Positions 55,712 to 64,000 of a DNA stretch of 64,000 nt are shown here, piece by piece. The stretch is from the IMG/VR virus record IMGVR_UViG_3300033064_003457, positions 1-64,000 of that record. The stretch is one strand, 5' to 3'. This DNA is from a virus. Each line of letters begins with the position of its first letter. The stretch's first letter is position 1. Made by a program: the position numbers and the translations under genes. The notes beneath the pieces were generated by a model. It ran no database searches, had not been told where the DNA came from, and saw nothing but the letters and a program-made list of their open reading frames with translations.

Positions 55712-58226
55712 TTATGTAGTAGTTACACCTGTCTGATCTATGGTAGGTAACGCGCCAGAACCAGCCTGCCAATTAAGCATATCTTCAATAGCGTATGCTT
55801 TAGCAATGCTTGTGTTCTTAGCAACGGCAACTGCGTTGCCTTCGTTAAGAATACCTAAACCGTATCTTTCTCTAAACTTGATAGATCTAATATCTCTATT
55901 CGGGTCATCCCATTCTTCATTAGTTACATCTTCGTCAACAACAAGGATACCAAGTTCATTGGTATCGCACATAATTATATCAGTTGTTGCCGCAGTTGCA
56001 CCAGAACCAGCTGTATAAGAACAGAACGGACTTACTATGATCCGTAATGGTGCTGGGAAAAGATTAGGTACATTAGAGAAGGTTGAAGACATTGAAGTGG
56101 CTTGCGCCGTAGGTCCAACGTTAACTCCACCAGTATACCAGCTTTTCGCCAAACCAGCTTGCCCCTGTAGAGGGGAGAAGATCGGTCCACCGTTAGCAAA
56201 ACCAAAAGCTCTTAAAATAGGATCACGTGCAAAAGTTAACCAGCCAAGAGGGCTCATTAAAAGAGCATTAGGCACAAAACCCTGTCTTACTATATTAGCA
56301 TACATAACTAACAAATCATCTAAAGTGATTGTAGCATTTCCATTACCTGCAGAATCACGTCCTGATGTTTGTAGGTTGTTAACATTATAATCAAAAGTAG
56401 TAGCACCTTCATTAGTGATCATGTTAAAAATCTTTGTTTCTTTATGCCGCGCCAGTGCTCTACCCGCAGCTTTAATATGCCTTAAGTGTTACCCATAATT
56501 ATGGGGTCTAAACATTTCTGCTAGACTCTTGTGCTCTCACACAAGAACGGACTATATCATCATGCCCTTTAGCATGCCAGTCGCTGTTTTTATCGATTTT
56601 ATATTTCATAGAAGGAATTATATATTTAGATATTTGAGGAGATAATTTATCAAATTCTGTTCCGTTAGTCCTCAATCTGTACTTATCTCTTGTTTTGCTT
56701 ACTTTAAAATTTACTCCCAAAATATTCTTTAAGTGTTTGGCTAGAATGAGTTGATCTTCTATAGGATAGCAATCGGTACACAATGTAGCATCCCATCCAG
56801 CGCTTCTATACTTACCTATTCTATCGTGGTTACATCTATCTTTTTTCGTACATTTTTTAAAATGATGAAAAAGATTGCCATCATCCATCCACATTATGGC
56901 AAAACTTTGAGGGGTTATATAATTTAGTATATCTTTTGTTATTCTTTTATTGTTATTTATATATATTCTATTATATATATCCCTATACCAAGGATGCGCT
57001 CTACTTGTAGACGTAATCATTATTCTATCATCACAATAAGTTCCGATAGGTGAGTATTTATGCACTCTCATTTTTGTTACATCACTTAATAAATTTGTTT
57101 TCCAGGTTAGGTATTCTTCCTGTTTTCCGGAGTGGCACATAGAATAGTGCACGCTATTGCCTCTCTTGCATAAATAACCATCCCCAAGAATCATTCCAAC
57201 TATGATATCTTTTGTTTCTTTCTTGCTTGTTTTCAACATGGAATTTCTCCCAATAATTAGTTATCGATAAATTTAGTCTCTACGGGTTCCCTTATTGGGC
57301 TTCCCACGGTATTGCCCTCGACTTTACGTTAGGGGTTTCACCGTTTTCAACTGGTTTATTGAGCACACAAGAAATTCTCTCTATGCTCATTACATCGTAT
57401 TGACTATATCGTAACATCTCATCAGTAATTCTTACCTTGACACCAGATTTCCCGATGAATGCTGTACAATTTTGTTGCTACACGCGACCTGTTATATCTT
57501 CACCACAACAAGGACATATTAATTTGTGACCAGGAAGATGCTTTGAAACTGTTGTAAGTTCCAATTTTGTGTGGCTCGATCATTTCTGCCGAGCTCTGCA
57601 TGTTTCCATGCAGTTCAGACTATCGCTTCGCACATAAGTGCGTCCCATTGCTTAGTCGTTGCAGCTGCACAGATCTCTGAGATCTTGCTTGCTGTGGATT
57701 GCCATAGCTTTCGCCTTAGGGTTCCCCAATTAATCAAACGGGATTTAAACACGGCTACTTTGTTAACCGTACCAGCTACTTCGAGTTTTCTTTCCGGATA
57801 TTCTCCGCCTTCTGGAATATCTTCAGCTGTAAAAGCACCAGCTGCTGGGAAAGTAATCTGTTGCCCGGCAGAAAATCTGATAGTATGTAACAAACTAGTA
57901 CCAACTAACAAGGGTTCCATGGCTTCCTTAACTACATTGGAAACAACTCTTCCAATGAGTATTGAAGCATCTGGGGTAGAAAGAGCATCAACTAAATCTT
58001 TATAACCAATTTTCTGATCTCTCTTAGAGGTATCATACTGGTCATTCTGATTTTCGTAACCATTGTTACGCCAAATTTTCCATGTATTGTCATACTTGTC
58101 TTGCAATTTACCATCGGAAAATTCAGAACTCTTACCTTCTACGCCTGCAGATTTCAATTGCTTGGTCACCTTGGCAGTTATTGTATCTACTAATTCTTCA
58201 TTCACTACCAACTTGTCGTCTGCCAT
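55712..58226 (-). CDS. Major capsid protein (437 aa after splicing): complement(join(55712..56480,57383..57466,57766..58226))
   Basis: Removing two introns gives one continuous frame: ...RKLEVAGTV-TAFIGKSGVKVRITDEMLRYSQYDVMS-MHIKAAGRALARHKETKIFNMITNEG..., with HK97-like features (IPEGGEYPE, KSGVKVRITDEM, PNALLMSP, KFRERYGLGIL). Exon lengths 461+84+769=1314 nt. Confidence 0.9.
56481..57382 (-). mobile_element. Group I intron 2 in the capsid gene (902 nt) carrying a LAGLIDADG homing endonuclease
   Basis: 5' exon ends GAGCAU, pairing with intron GUGCUC (U.G at the splice site); core motifs GAGACTA and GATATAGTCC; intron ends in G (…CTTAAG); splicing restores the frame. Confidence 0.9.
56508..57239 (-). 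CDS. Intron-encoded LAGLIDADG homing endonuclease
   Basis: IVGMILGDGYL and FAIMWMDDGN motifs, HSGKQEEYL, MKYKI; SD GGGAG; the 3' end overlaps the intron core. Confidence 0.9.
   Translation of the reverse strand: MLKTSKKETKDIIVGMILGDGYLCKRGNSVHYSMCHSGKQEEYLTWKTNLLSDVTKMRVHKYSPIGTYCDDRIMITSTSRAHPWYRDIYNRIYINNNKRITKDILNYITPQSFAIMWMDDGNLFHHFKKCTKKDRCNHDRIGKYRSAGWDATLCTDCYPIEDQLILAKHLKNILGVNFKVSKTRDKYRLRTNGTEFDKLSPQISKYIIPSMKYKIDKNSDWHAKGHDDIVRSCVRAQESSRNV
57467..57765 (-). mobile_element. Group I intron 1 in the capsid gene (299 nt), no intact ORF
   Basis: 5' exon ends ACGGU, pairing with intron GCCGU (U.G); core GCAACGACTAAG ... GCGATAGTCT; stem TGCATG-GAAA-CATGCA; intron ends in G (…AAATTG); splicing restores GTT ACA GCA. 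Confidence 0.88.
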
Positions 58227-58265
58227 AACTATATTTCCTCCTTTATTTTTATATTTTAACCTCAA

Positions 58266-59048
58266 CTAGGCTACCATTAACTGAATTAACATCTTTTCGC
58301 TATAAGCTGTGCTATTATCGTAGTCATATAAATGCTGAGGTATACCACCAGTATCAGAGCCAGAAAGACCAAGCCCAGGTACTGTTTGAACTTTATCTAA
58401 ATTATCAACTGCAGCAACTGTAGATCTCTGAATACATCTACCAACAATCTGTGTTACATCGTCAGTGTTATCTCTCCAGATTATATATCCACCATTGATA
58501 TCTGCCTGTACTAAATCTCCAGGATTAATAGTACCAGAAGCATCGCATCCAGACTTTATAGGAACTTCAATTAGGTAATCACAAAGAACTGCTACCTTAT
58601 CCTGTACTTGATAGTTGTTATACTTAGTTAACCCAGTTGGGCTTGCGCTATCAAACCCTTGATTAAGATTCTGATAATAATCATAAGGTGCTACACCTAC
58701 TGGTTTATTGCCTGGGGCATAAGCCGTGGTTGTTTTTGCCGCAGAAACGTATGTGTCATGTCCACCATCATCATAATCGATAGTAAGCCCTACATCACTA
58801 GCAACGTAAGTGTACTGGTGAGAAGCTCCACCGTTTGCCCACACAAGATCTCCACTGGCGTCTATAGCTACTACAATACCAGCCTTAATAACAACCCAGT
58901 CGTTCAAGTATTGATCCTGTACTGATACAGGAAGATACTGAGCTGGTTTTGCTTCAAATGCTGGCCTTTCTCCTTGAGATATTTCCATGAATTCTCGTAC
59001 TAAGTTACTATTGCGTTCATATCCTCTTGGGACCCTATTGTCAGCCAT
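58266..59048 (-). CDS. Capsid-associated (decoration/minor capsid) protein
   Basis: Between protease and MCP; SD AGGAGG; beta-rich (INPGDLVQAD...QIVGR). Confidence 0.6.
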   Translation of the reverse strand: MADNRVPRGYERNSNLVREFMEISQGERPAFEAKPAQYLPVSVQDQYLNDWVVIKAGIVVAIDASGDLVWANGGASHQYTYVASDVGLTIDYDDGGHDTYVSAAKTTTAYAPGNKPVGVAPYDYYQNLNQGFDSASPTGLTKYNNYQVQDKVAVLCDYLIEVPIKSGCDASGTINPGDLVQADINGGYIIWRDNTDDVTQIVGRCIQRSTVAAVDNLDKVQTVPGLGLSGSDTGGIPQHLYDYDNSTAYSEKMLIQLMVA

Positions 59049-59076
59049 TATTTACTTCCTCCTTTTTCCTCGTTTA

Positions 59077-60600
59077 CTACACACCCTTACCGAAGAGCTT
59101 ATTGAGAGTCTCTTTTTTAGTCGTTGGCTCGCTAGTTGCAATGTCTTCGACCTCGTTGGTCTTATCAACATGAACAGCTGCCGGAGAATCTACTAGCTCA
59201 CTTAAGGGATTTGTAGCAATTAGTTGTTCTTGTTCTAATCGTAAATCATTAATTTGATCTTTGAGAGACTCTAAACTTCTCTGTGAAAATTCCTCTACCT
59301 TACTATCGCGGGCATCTGGGGTCTTAATACCCACAACATCTGGTTTTCTTAGTAATTTCTTAAGATCATATAGTCTCTCAGAAACATTTTTTTGTAACTC
59401 TGACTTAGACGCTATACTTTCATCTAACAATCTTTTATTGTCTTCATTGTTTTTTGATAAGTCTCCCTCTAGTTCTTTAATCTTTGCGGTGAGGGCATCT
59501 TTTTCACCAGCACATTTGCTTAATTCGTCAGCTCCATCATTACATGATGCTCCTTCTTTGGCTTTAGTGAGTTCATCAACAACCTTATCATGCTCTTCCT
59601 TAGAAACGCTACTATCCTTATATGTATTAAATTCCTTCTGTAGCGTATCCAATTTAAGATCGCACCCAGCCTCAGATCCACTGTCTTTTTTTGCAACTTC
59701 TTCATCTATTAGTTGCTTAACAACTTCAGACTCTAGTAGTTGGTCTTTGGTTAATTCTTCTAATTTCACTTCGTCCTCCTTATTGGATTGTGCTATCTTA
59801 TTGGATTTGTCGAGAAGATGAAGAATAATATCGTCATCCTCGCCTGATTCATCATCCAATAAACTATATAGATTCTTATTACCAGAATCAAAACCCACAA
59901 ATATCTTTTCCTTAGGGTTGTCGGCATATAACGATATCTCTGCGTTACCGTCAGAACGAATACCATCAACCATCAGTGCCTCTTTAACTCCAGCAAACTC
60001 ATCGGCAGGGATATTGACAAAAGATACTTCTTTATAATTAAGATCACCAGTAGTAACGTAGGCTAATTCCTTGTCATACTTTGTACCAAGAATATGTTCG
60101 CATGGTCCTTCCTTGCTCCAGTCTGAGTTACAGATAGAACAAAAAGCATGGTTAGTTGACATCCGAACCGATACAGTGTCATACCTACCATCTAATATTT
60201 TTCTTATTGCTTCTTTATCTGTTATTCTTACAGTGAGCCTAACAAAGCCATATCCGTCGCTTTCCTTTAGTATAGGTCTGTACTGACTATCTTGTACTGA
60301 TCTTTCTGTGTTTATATATTTTGCTTTAATAACTCTACCTATAGGGTCTGAGTTTTCATCATGGTTAGTCAACACTGGCTTCTTATATGGAGCAGTCCAA
60401 CTTCTGATGCCCTTCTGCATGGATTCTGGAGGATAAATTCTATTGTTTATCAAAGTTCCTGCGTGAGAAGCGTCTATCTCACATACCAAGCTATAGTCTT
60501 TCTTGACCTCATCAGAGTCAGACAACATAAGTTTTTTGTCCTTATCTTCTATGTTCAGCCCTATGGTAAATTTGTCGTATAACTCTAACTGTTTTCCCAT
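59077..60600 (-). CDS. Prohead protease with a C-terminal scaffold
   Basis: PVLTNHD...PIGRV...ILDGRYDTVSV...CSIC...CEH...KEVSFVNIPAD, followed by an acidic coiled coil; start at ATG 60600 (SD AGGAG). Confidence 0.85.
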   Translation of the reverse strand: MGKQLELYDKFTIGLNIEDKDKKLMLSDSDEVKKDYSLVCEIDASHAGTLINNRIYPPESMQKGIRSWTAPYKKPVLTNHDENSDPIGRVIKAKYINTERSVQDSQYRPILKESDGYGFVRLTVRITDKEAIRKILDGRYDTVSVRMSTNHAFCSICNSDWSKEGPCEHILGTKYDKELAYVTTGDLNYKEVSFVNIPADEFAGVKEALMVDGIRSDGNAEISLYADNPKEKIFVGFDSGNKNLYSLLDDESGEDDDIILHLLDKSNKIAQSNKEDEVKLEELTKDQLLESEVVKQLIDEEVAKKDSGSEAGCDLKLDTLQKEFNTYKDSSVSKEEHDKVVDELTKAKEGASCNDGADELSKCAGEKDALTAKIKELEGDLSKNNEDNKRLLDESIASKSELQKNVSERLYDLKKLLRKPDVVGIKTPDARDSKVEEFSQRSLESLKDQINDLRLEQEQLIATNPLSELVDSPAAVHVDKTNEVEDIATSEPTTKKETLNKLFGKGV

Positions 60601-60641
60601 ATGTTTCTCCTTAACATTACTGTCCAAGCTTTACTACGTAA

Positions 60642-61313
60642 TTATACACCGGTATAGTTTGCCGTAAGATTCATGGCTGCCGACGCAGCTCCCCCAGAAT
60701 TATTCTGTAGCCATACATAATAATCTGTGTTATTTTTTAATTTCCATGTAGTCGTAGGAGCGTTAATCCCTAAGGTTAAATCACCTATCACTGAATCCCA
60801 TATCTTATATGATCCACTAGCAGTAACTGTAGGATTGTTAAGAAACTCAGCTGTCATAGAGTGCGTAGTTGTCCTGTCCATATTGTGTGACGATATTGCC
60901 ACACCACTTGCTGATACTGTAGGATTCTCCCACAATTCTACCCACCATTCACCTCCACCGGTAAATGATAATTGTGTAGTTATGTTGTCTCGCTTAGGAC
61001 AGATTAAAAGAGATACGGCTTCAGCATCTGCGATGTCATGCCAAACCTTACTCACACTATACATCTCTCCTTTTTCTGTAAGGTGCCTGTCTAAATCTAC
61101 CGTAGTTAACCCATCCTTGTGTATGTAAGCCCCAATGTCCACTGGAACACCACTAGGCCAGTTCTCAGTATTAATCTGTACTTGGCCATTGATAGCTATA
61201 TCTCCAGAGGCCGGTAAAACCACCTTGAACATATCGAGGTCATTATGGTATCCTAAGTGTCTTGCTGTTAGATCGCTAATCCTCAATGAATCTATCAATG
61301 GATCATATCCCAT
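60642..61313 (-). CDS. Hypothetical virion-associated protein (223 aa)
   Basis: SD AGGAG; internal repeat ENPTVSASG / NNPTVTASG; beta-rich. Confidence 0.55.
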   Translation of the reverse strand: MGYDPLIDSLRISDLTARHLGYHNDLDMFKVVLPASGDIAINGQVQINTENWPSGVPVDIGAYIHKDGLTTVDLDRHLTEKGEMYSVSKVWHDIADAEAVSLLICPKRDNITTQLSFTGGGEWWVELWENPTVSASGVAISSHNMDRTTTHSMTAEFLNNPTVTASGSYKIWDSVIGDLTLGINAPTTTWKLKNNTDYYVWLQNNSGGAASAAMNLTANYTGV

Positions 61314-61325
61314 AATCTTCTCCTA

Positions 61326-61484
61326 TTATTTTTCTTTGGCTGGGCTTTTTTTCTTATTAGCCCCACTTTTGCTATACCTTTTATTAAGGTCTAATTGTAC
61401 TTGTTTAAAATATTCTGCATTTTGACCTTTGCTCGGATCGTAAGGACCGACACCAGCCGTTGAACCACCTATGCTAGCTCCCAT
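61326..61484 (-). CDS. Small protein (52 aa) missed by the ORF track
   Basis: SD GGAGG then ATG; translates MGASIGGSTAGVGPYDPSKGQNAEYFKQVQLDLNKRYSKSGANKKKSPAKEK; fills the gap after the portal. Confidence 0.6.
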   Translation of the reverse strand: MGASIGGSTAGVGPYDPSKGQNAEYFKQVQLDLNKRYSKSGANKKKSPAKEK

Positions 61485-63312
61485 CTTGAACCTCCATATT
61501 AAACTCAGAGTCTATTAAATTAAAAATTCTATAACGTAACGACTCAAATATTCCTGCCACCCTAGATGGCATATCGTCACGCATATGTCTCTTTTGTATA
61601 TCTCTATCTATAGCTTCTGCTAAATCTCCTAGTATGCTTTTTAATTCTTTTTCTATATGTTTTAACTTTTTAGAACCAGATAACTTCAATCTTATATCTT
61701 CGTAGGTAAGCATCGCTATTGGACGCAATTTTTCTAAATCGAAATTGCTGAAATCTTTGATATCATTAAGCATATCTACTACATCTAACCTAGTAAGGTA
61801 CCAAGAATGGTCCACTAAAGCTTTTAGTTGGTCTTTTTTGCTTTTTGTTTTTGCTTTTTTTGTACCATGTTGATTTTGGGGTTGTTCTCTATTGATAGTT
61901 GCCTTTTTCTTTTTTTCTTCCTTGGACACCTTTTCGACCAATGCTCCCTTGGCTTCAGAGGTAAATGGTTCGTCTACAGCTAGTATAATTGCTTTTGGCT
62001 TTGTAACTCTTTCAAAGTACATGTCGCTACGTTGTTTTTCGCTAACTGGATCAAGCCCGATTAGGTCCCTTAGCTCTGTTTCTGTTATAGCATCATGTTC
62101 GTACTTAAAGACAGAATGATTCTCAACTTGCAACATACTGTCTATATCTATTTCATTAAACTTTAGCTTTACGAAGTTATCTTCCTTTTCGTCCAACTGA
62201 AAACCACCTTCGAACAATAGCTCTTTAATCATGAACTCATTAACGAACGTCTCTGCAACATCTTGAAAATCTTTGCATCTATCTGTAAGCATTTTATCTA
62301 TTACAGTAGCAGTAGATCTATTAGCAGAGTCGCCTCTTCCGAGAGCTACCTCTGAGATTCCTAATCCTGCAAGTACACGAGATTCAAAATAATCTAAATA
62401 CTTAGATGCATCTAGTGCCTTTCCTTGGGCACCAAGGCTTCTTATTTCATGCCTTTCTGGTGTAACTATACTTCCTTCAGTAGGCATGTCTTCTATTTGG
62501 TCTTTTACTATGTCTATTTCTGTTGTGCCGTCATCGTACAGTTCTGCAGGATTATCCTCAGTCCCTACTATATATTGGTGTAGGGGGAATAGATGCTGAC
62601 TAATTAGCATCTCTATGTTCTCTTCCATTCTTCTCAACGATCTTATGTCGTCTAGCACTGGTATAATATATGGAGTACCAAATGCAAAGCCCTCTTTTCT
62701 GTCATAATAGACATGAACCACGTCTTCTGCTCTAAATTCCGGGGTCTTAGGATTTCCAGTTACCTTCTGCTGATATTTTAAAATCTTACCATACTCTGTT
62801 CGCTTAATTAACATTGACGTAGGATCCATAGGAAAGTATGCCGCGATTGGATTTAGTGCTGATCTATAATTGCCACCTATTGGTGTTCCAGATGAGAATC
62901 TCTTGTCCCTTACCTTTACCATAAAAGCGTTAGAGTATGAAACTAAATTCTGCAATACACTTCTAAGCAACATATCAAACGTCATGCCAGAAACATTAGC
63001 CATTTCTCGTAATCTACGTCTGATGTAGTTCGTGGCCTCTTCATCCCTAGAACTTATTTTATAGCCTTCCTTCAAACATAGCTCTATGTGCTTGCCAAAT
63101 GCTTGTCTGACATATGACTCTATGTCAATTATTTTTGATATCTCACCTAGGTTATACTCAGCTCTTTCAAACTGGGCTCTAGATTGGGTAGAACCAGTAG
63201 CCGAACCGTAAACAACGCCCCTAGAACTTATCCTGGGAACTATTATCGACTTTCTAGTGTTTTTATTTGTAGTTTTGTTTACTATTGACTGGCTAATAGA
63301 GAATAGATTCAT
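61474..63312 (-). CDS. Portal protein
   Basis: YSNAFMVK, PMDPTSM, EDVVH...FGTPYI, GDSANRSTA, KLKFNEID and ITETELRDLIGLDP portal motifs; located upstream of protease and MCP. Confidence 0.88.
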   Translation of the reverse strand: MNLFSISQSIVNKTTNKNTRKSIIVPRISSRGVVYGSATGSTQSRAQFERAEYNLGEISKIIDIESYVRQAFGKHIELCLKEGYKISSRDEEATNYIRRRLREMANVSGMTFDMLLRSVLQNLVSYSNAFMVKVRDKRFSSGTPIGGNYRSALNPIAAYFPMDPTSMLIKRTEYGKILKYQQKVTGNPKTPEFRAEDVVHVYYDRKEGFAFGTPYIIPVLDDIRSLRRMEENIEMLISQHLFPLHQYIVGTEDNPAELYDDGTTEIDIVKDQIEDMPTEGSIVTPERHEIRSLGAQGKALDASKYLDYFESRVLAGLGISEVALGRGDSANRSTATVIDKMLTDRCKDFQDVAETFVNEFMIKELLFEGGFQLDEKEDNFVKLKFNEIDIDSMLQVENHSVFKYEHDAITETELRDLIGLDPVSEKQRSDMYFERVTKPKAIILAVDEPFTSEAKGALVEKVSKEEKKKKATINREQPQNQHGTKKAKTKSKKDQLKALVDHSWYLTRLDVVDMLNDIKDFSNFDLEKLRPIAMLTYEDIRLKLSGSKKLKHIEKELKSILGDLAEAIDRDIQKRHMRDDMPSRVAGIFESLRYRIFNLIDSEFNMEVQDGS

Positions 63313-63314
63313 TG

Positions 63315-64000
63315 TTATTTCCCCTGGTTTTTGGCGTTTATCCATTCCTTAATCAATACTCTGTCATCGCTTACTAGTCTCCGTAGACAGGTATCCATCT
63401 TTTCGCTTCTTGATGTCCCAACAGACGTGGTGAGTATGCCAGATTCAGATTTCACAGATGTTCCCTGCTGTGTATCTTCATCTCCACTATCGGTGGTATC
63501 CTGTATGAAGCTATTAAAGGAGTTAGGATTTTCTTCCTCAGTGTATTTGTATTGCTCGCTTGGGCCTAAATCGTAAGCATCCATCAATCTCTTTATTTCC
63601 TCACCGGTAGGCGAAGAACCTGTTCCGCATATAGCAGATCTATTAAGCGCTGACGATACTAGATCTAAAAGGTTTATAAATGTTCCAAGTCCTTTTTGCT
63701 CTTTTATGATAGTTAATTTAAGTCCATTTCCTATGTTCTTTAGTTCGTTCTGTTTATACCATTTTTTTATCAATTTAGCCAGCAGTCTTTCTACATAGTC
63801 AATGGTATTAACCACATAATTATTTACAAATTCATCAACTGGTGTACAAACAAATATTTTCTGCCACCTAGGATCTGGATTGTTCACCCATTTTTTAACT
63901 GGATCTATAAGACTTTGAAATACTTGAGTAACCAATGAAACTAACTGATGTGTTATTATGTTTCTAAATATATTATTAGTTATGTTTTTTATTGATATGT
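63315..64000 (-). CDS. Hypothetical protein, partial (frame open to the right edge)
   Basis: No stop codon between 63935 and 64000 in this frame. Confidence 0.6.
   Translation of the reverse strand, partial: ISIKNITNNIFRNIITHQLVSLVTQVFQSLIDPVKKWVNNPDPRWQKIFVCTPVDEFVNNYVVNTIDYVERLLAKLIKKWYKQNELKNIGNGLKLTIIKEQKGLGTFINLLDLVSSALNRSAICGTGSSPTGEEIKRLMDAYDLGPSEQYKYTEEENPNSFNSFIQDTTDSGDEDTQQGTSVKSESGILTTSVGTSRSEKMDTCLRRLVSDDRVLIKEWINAKNQGK

Noticed and set aside
57615-57765. C-terminal extension of the 216-aa ORF (NKVAVFKSRL...)
   Set aside because: It is read-through into group I intron 1. The true frame continues in exon 2.
5440-64000. Numerous plus-strand ORFs of 60-186 aa in the ORF track
   Set aside because: They lie antisense to long, coupled minus-strand genes and show no recognisable motifs; treated as shadow ORFs.
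1-64000. Alternative genetic code, tRNA genes or terminase
   Set aside because: Genes are long and dense under the standard code with TAA, TAG and TGA all used as stops. No tRNA cloverleaf or terminase motif was recognised by eye.

Overview
This 64 kb window is a segment of a large, AT-rich tailed-phage genome with a contractile (myovirus-type) tail. From 5.4 to 64 kb, almost everything is one minus-strand morphogenesis block. Reading right to left: portal, prohead protease/scaffold, capsid accessory protein, major capsid protein, neck and tail-completion proteins, sheath, three tube-fold paralogs, chaperones, tape-measure-like proteins, baseplate, and many fibre or surface proteins. The left end holds an intein-containing primase-helicase and a divergently transcribed Cas4-like nuclease, each with a sigma70/SigA-type promoter. 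Main observations: (1) a tightly coupled nine-gene cassette (9647-16764) inside the tail/fibre genes encodes four tandem radical SAM/SPASM-type enzymes, four unknown proteins and a 186-aa protein ending in CHSSCHSSCYSSCKRGKR, a candidate phage-encoded RiPP-like or virion-protein modification system; (2) the major capsid gene is split by two group I introns around an 84-nt exon that the ORF track misses, with a LAGLIDADG endonuclease in one intron and an apparent HNH relic in the other; (3) [A/P/S/V]-Ser-Gly motifs are conspicuously frequent in surface virion proteins, possibly a modification sequon. All functional calls come from reading motifs and gene order, not from database searches.
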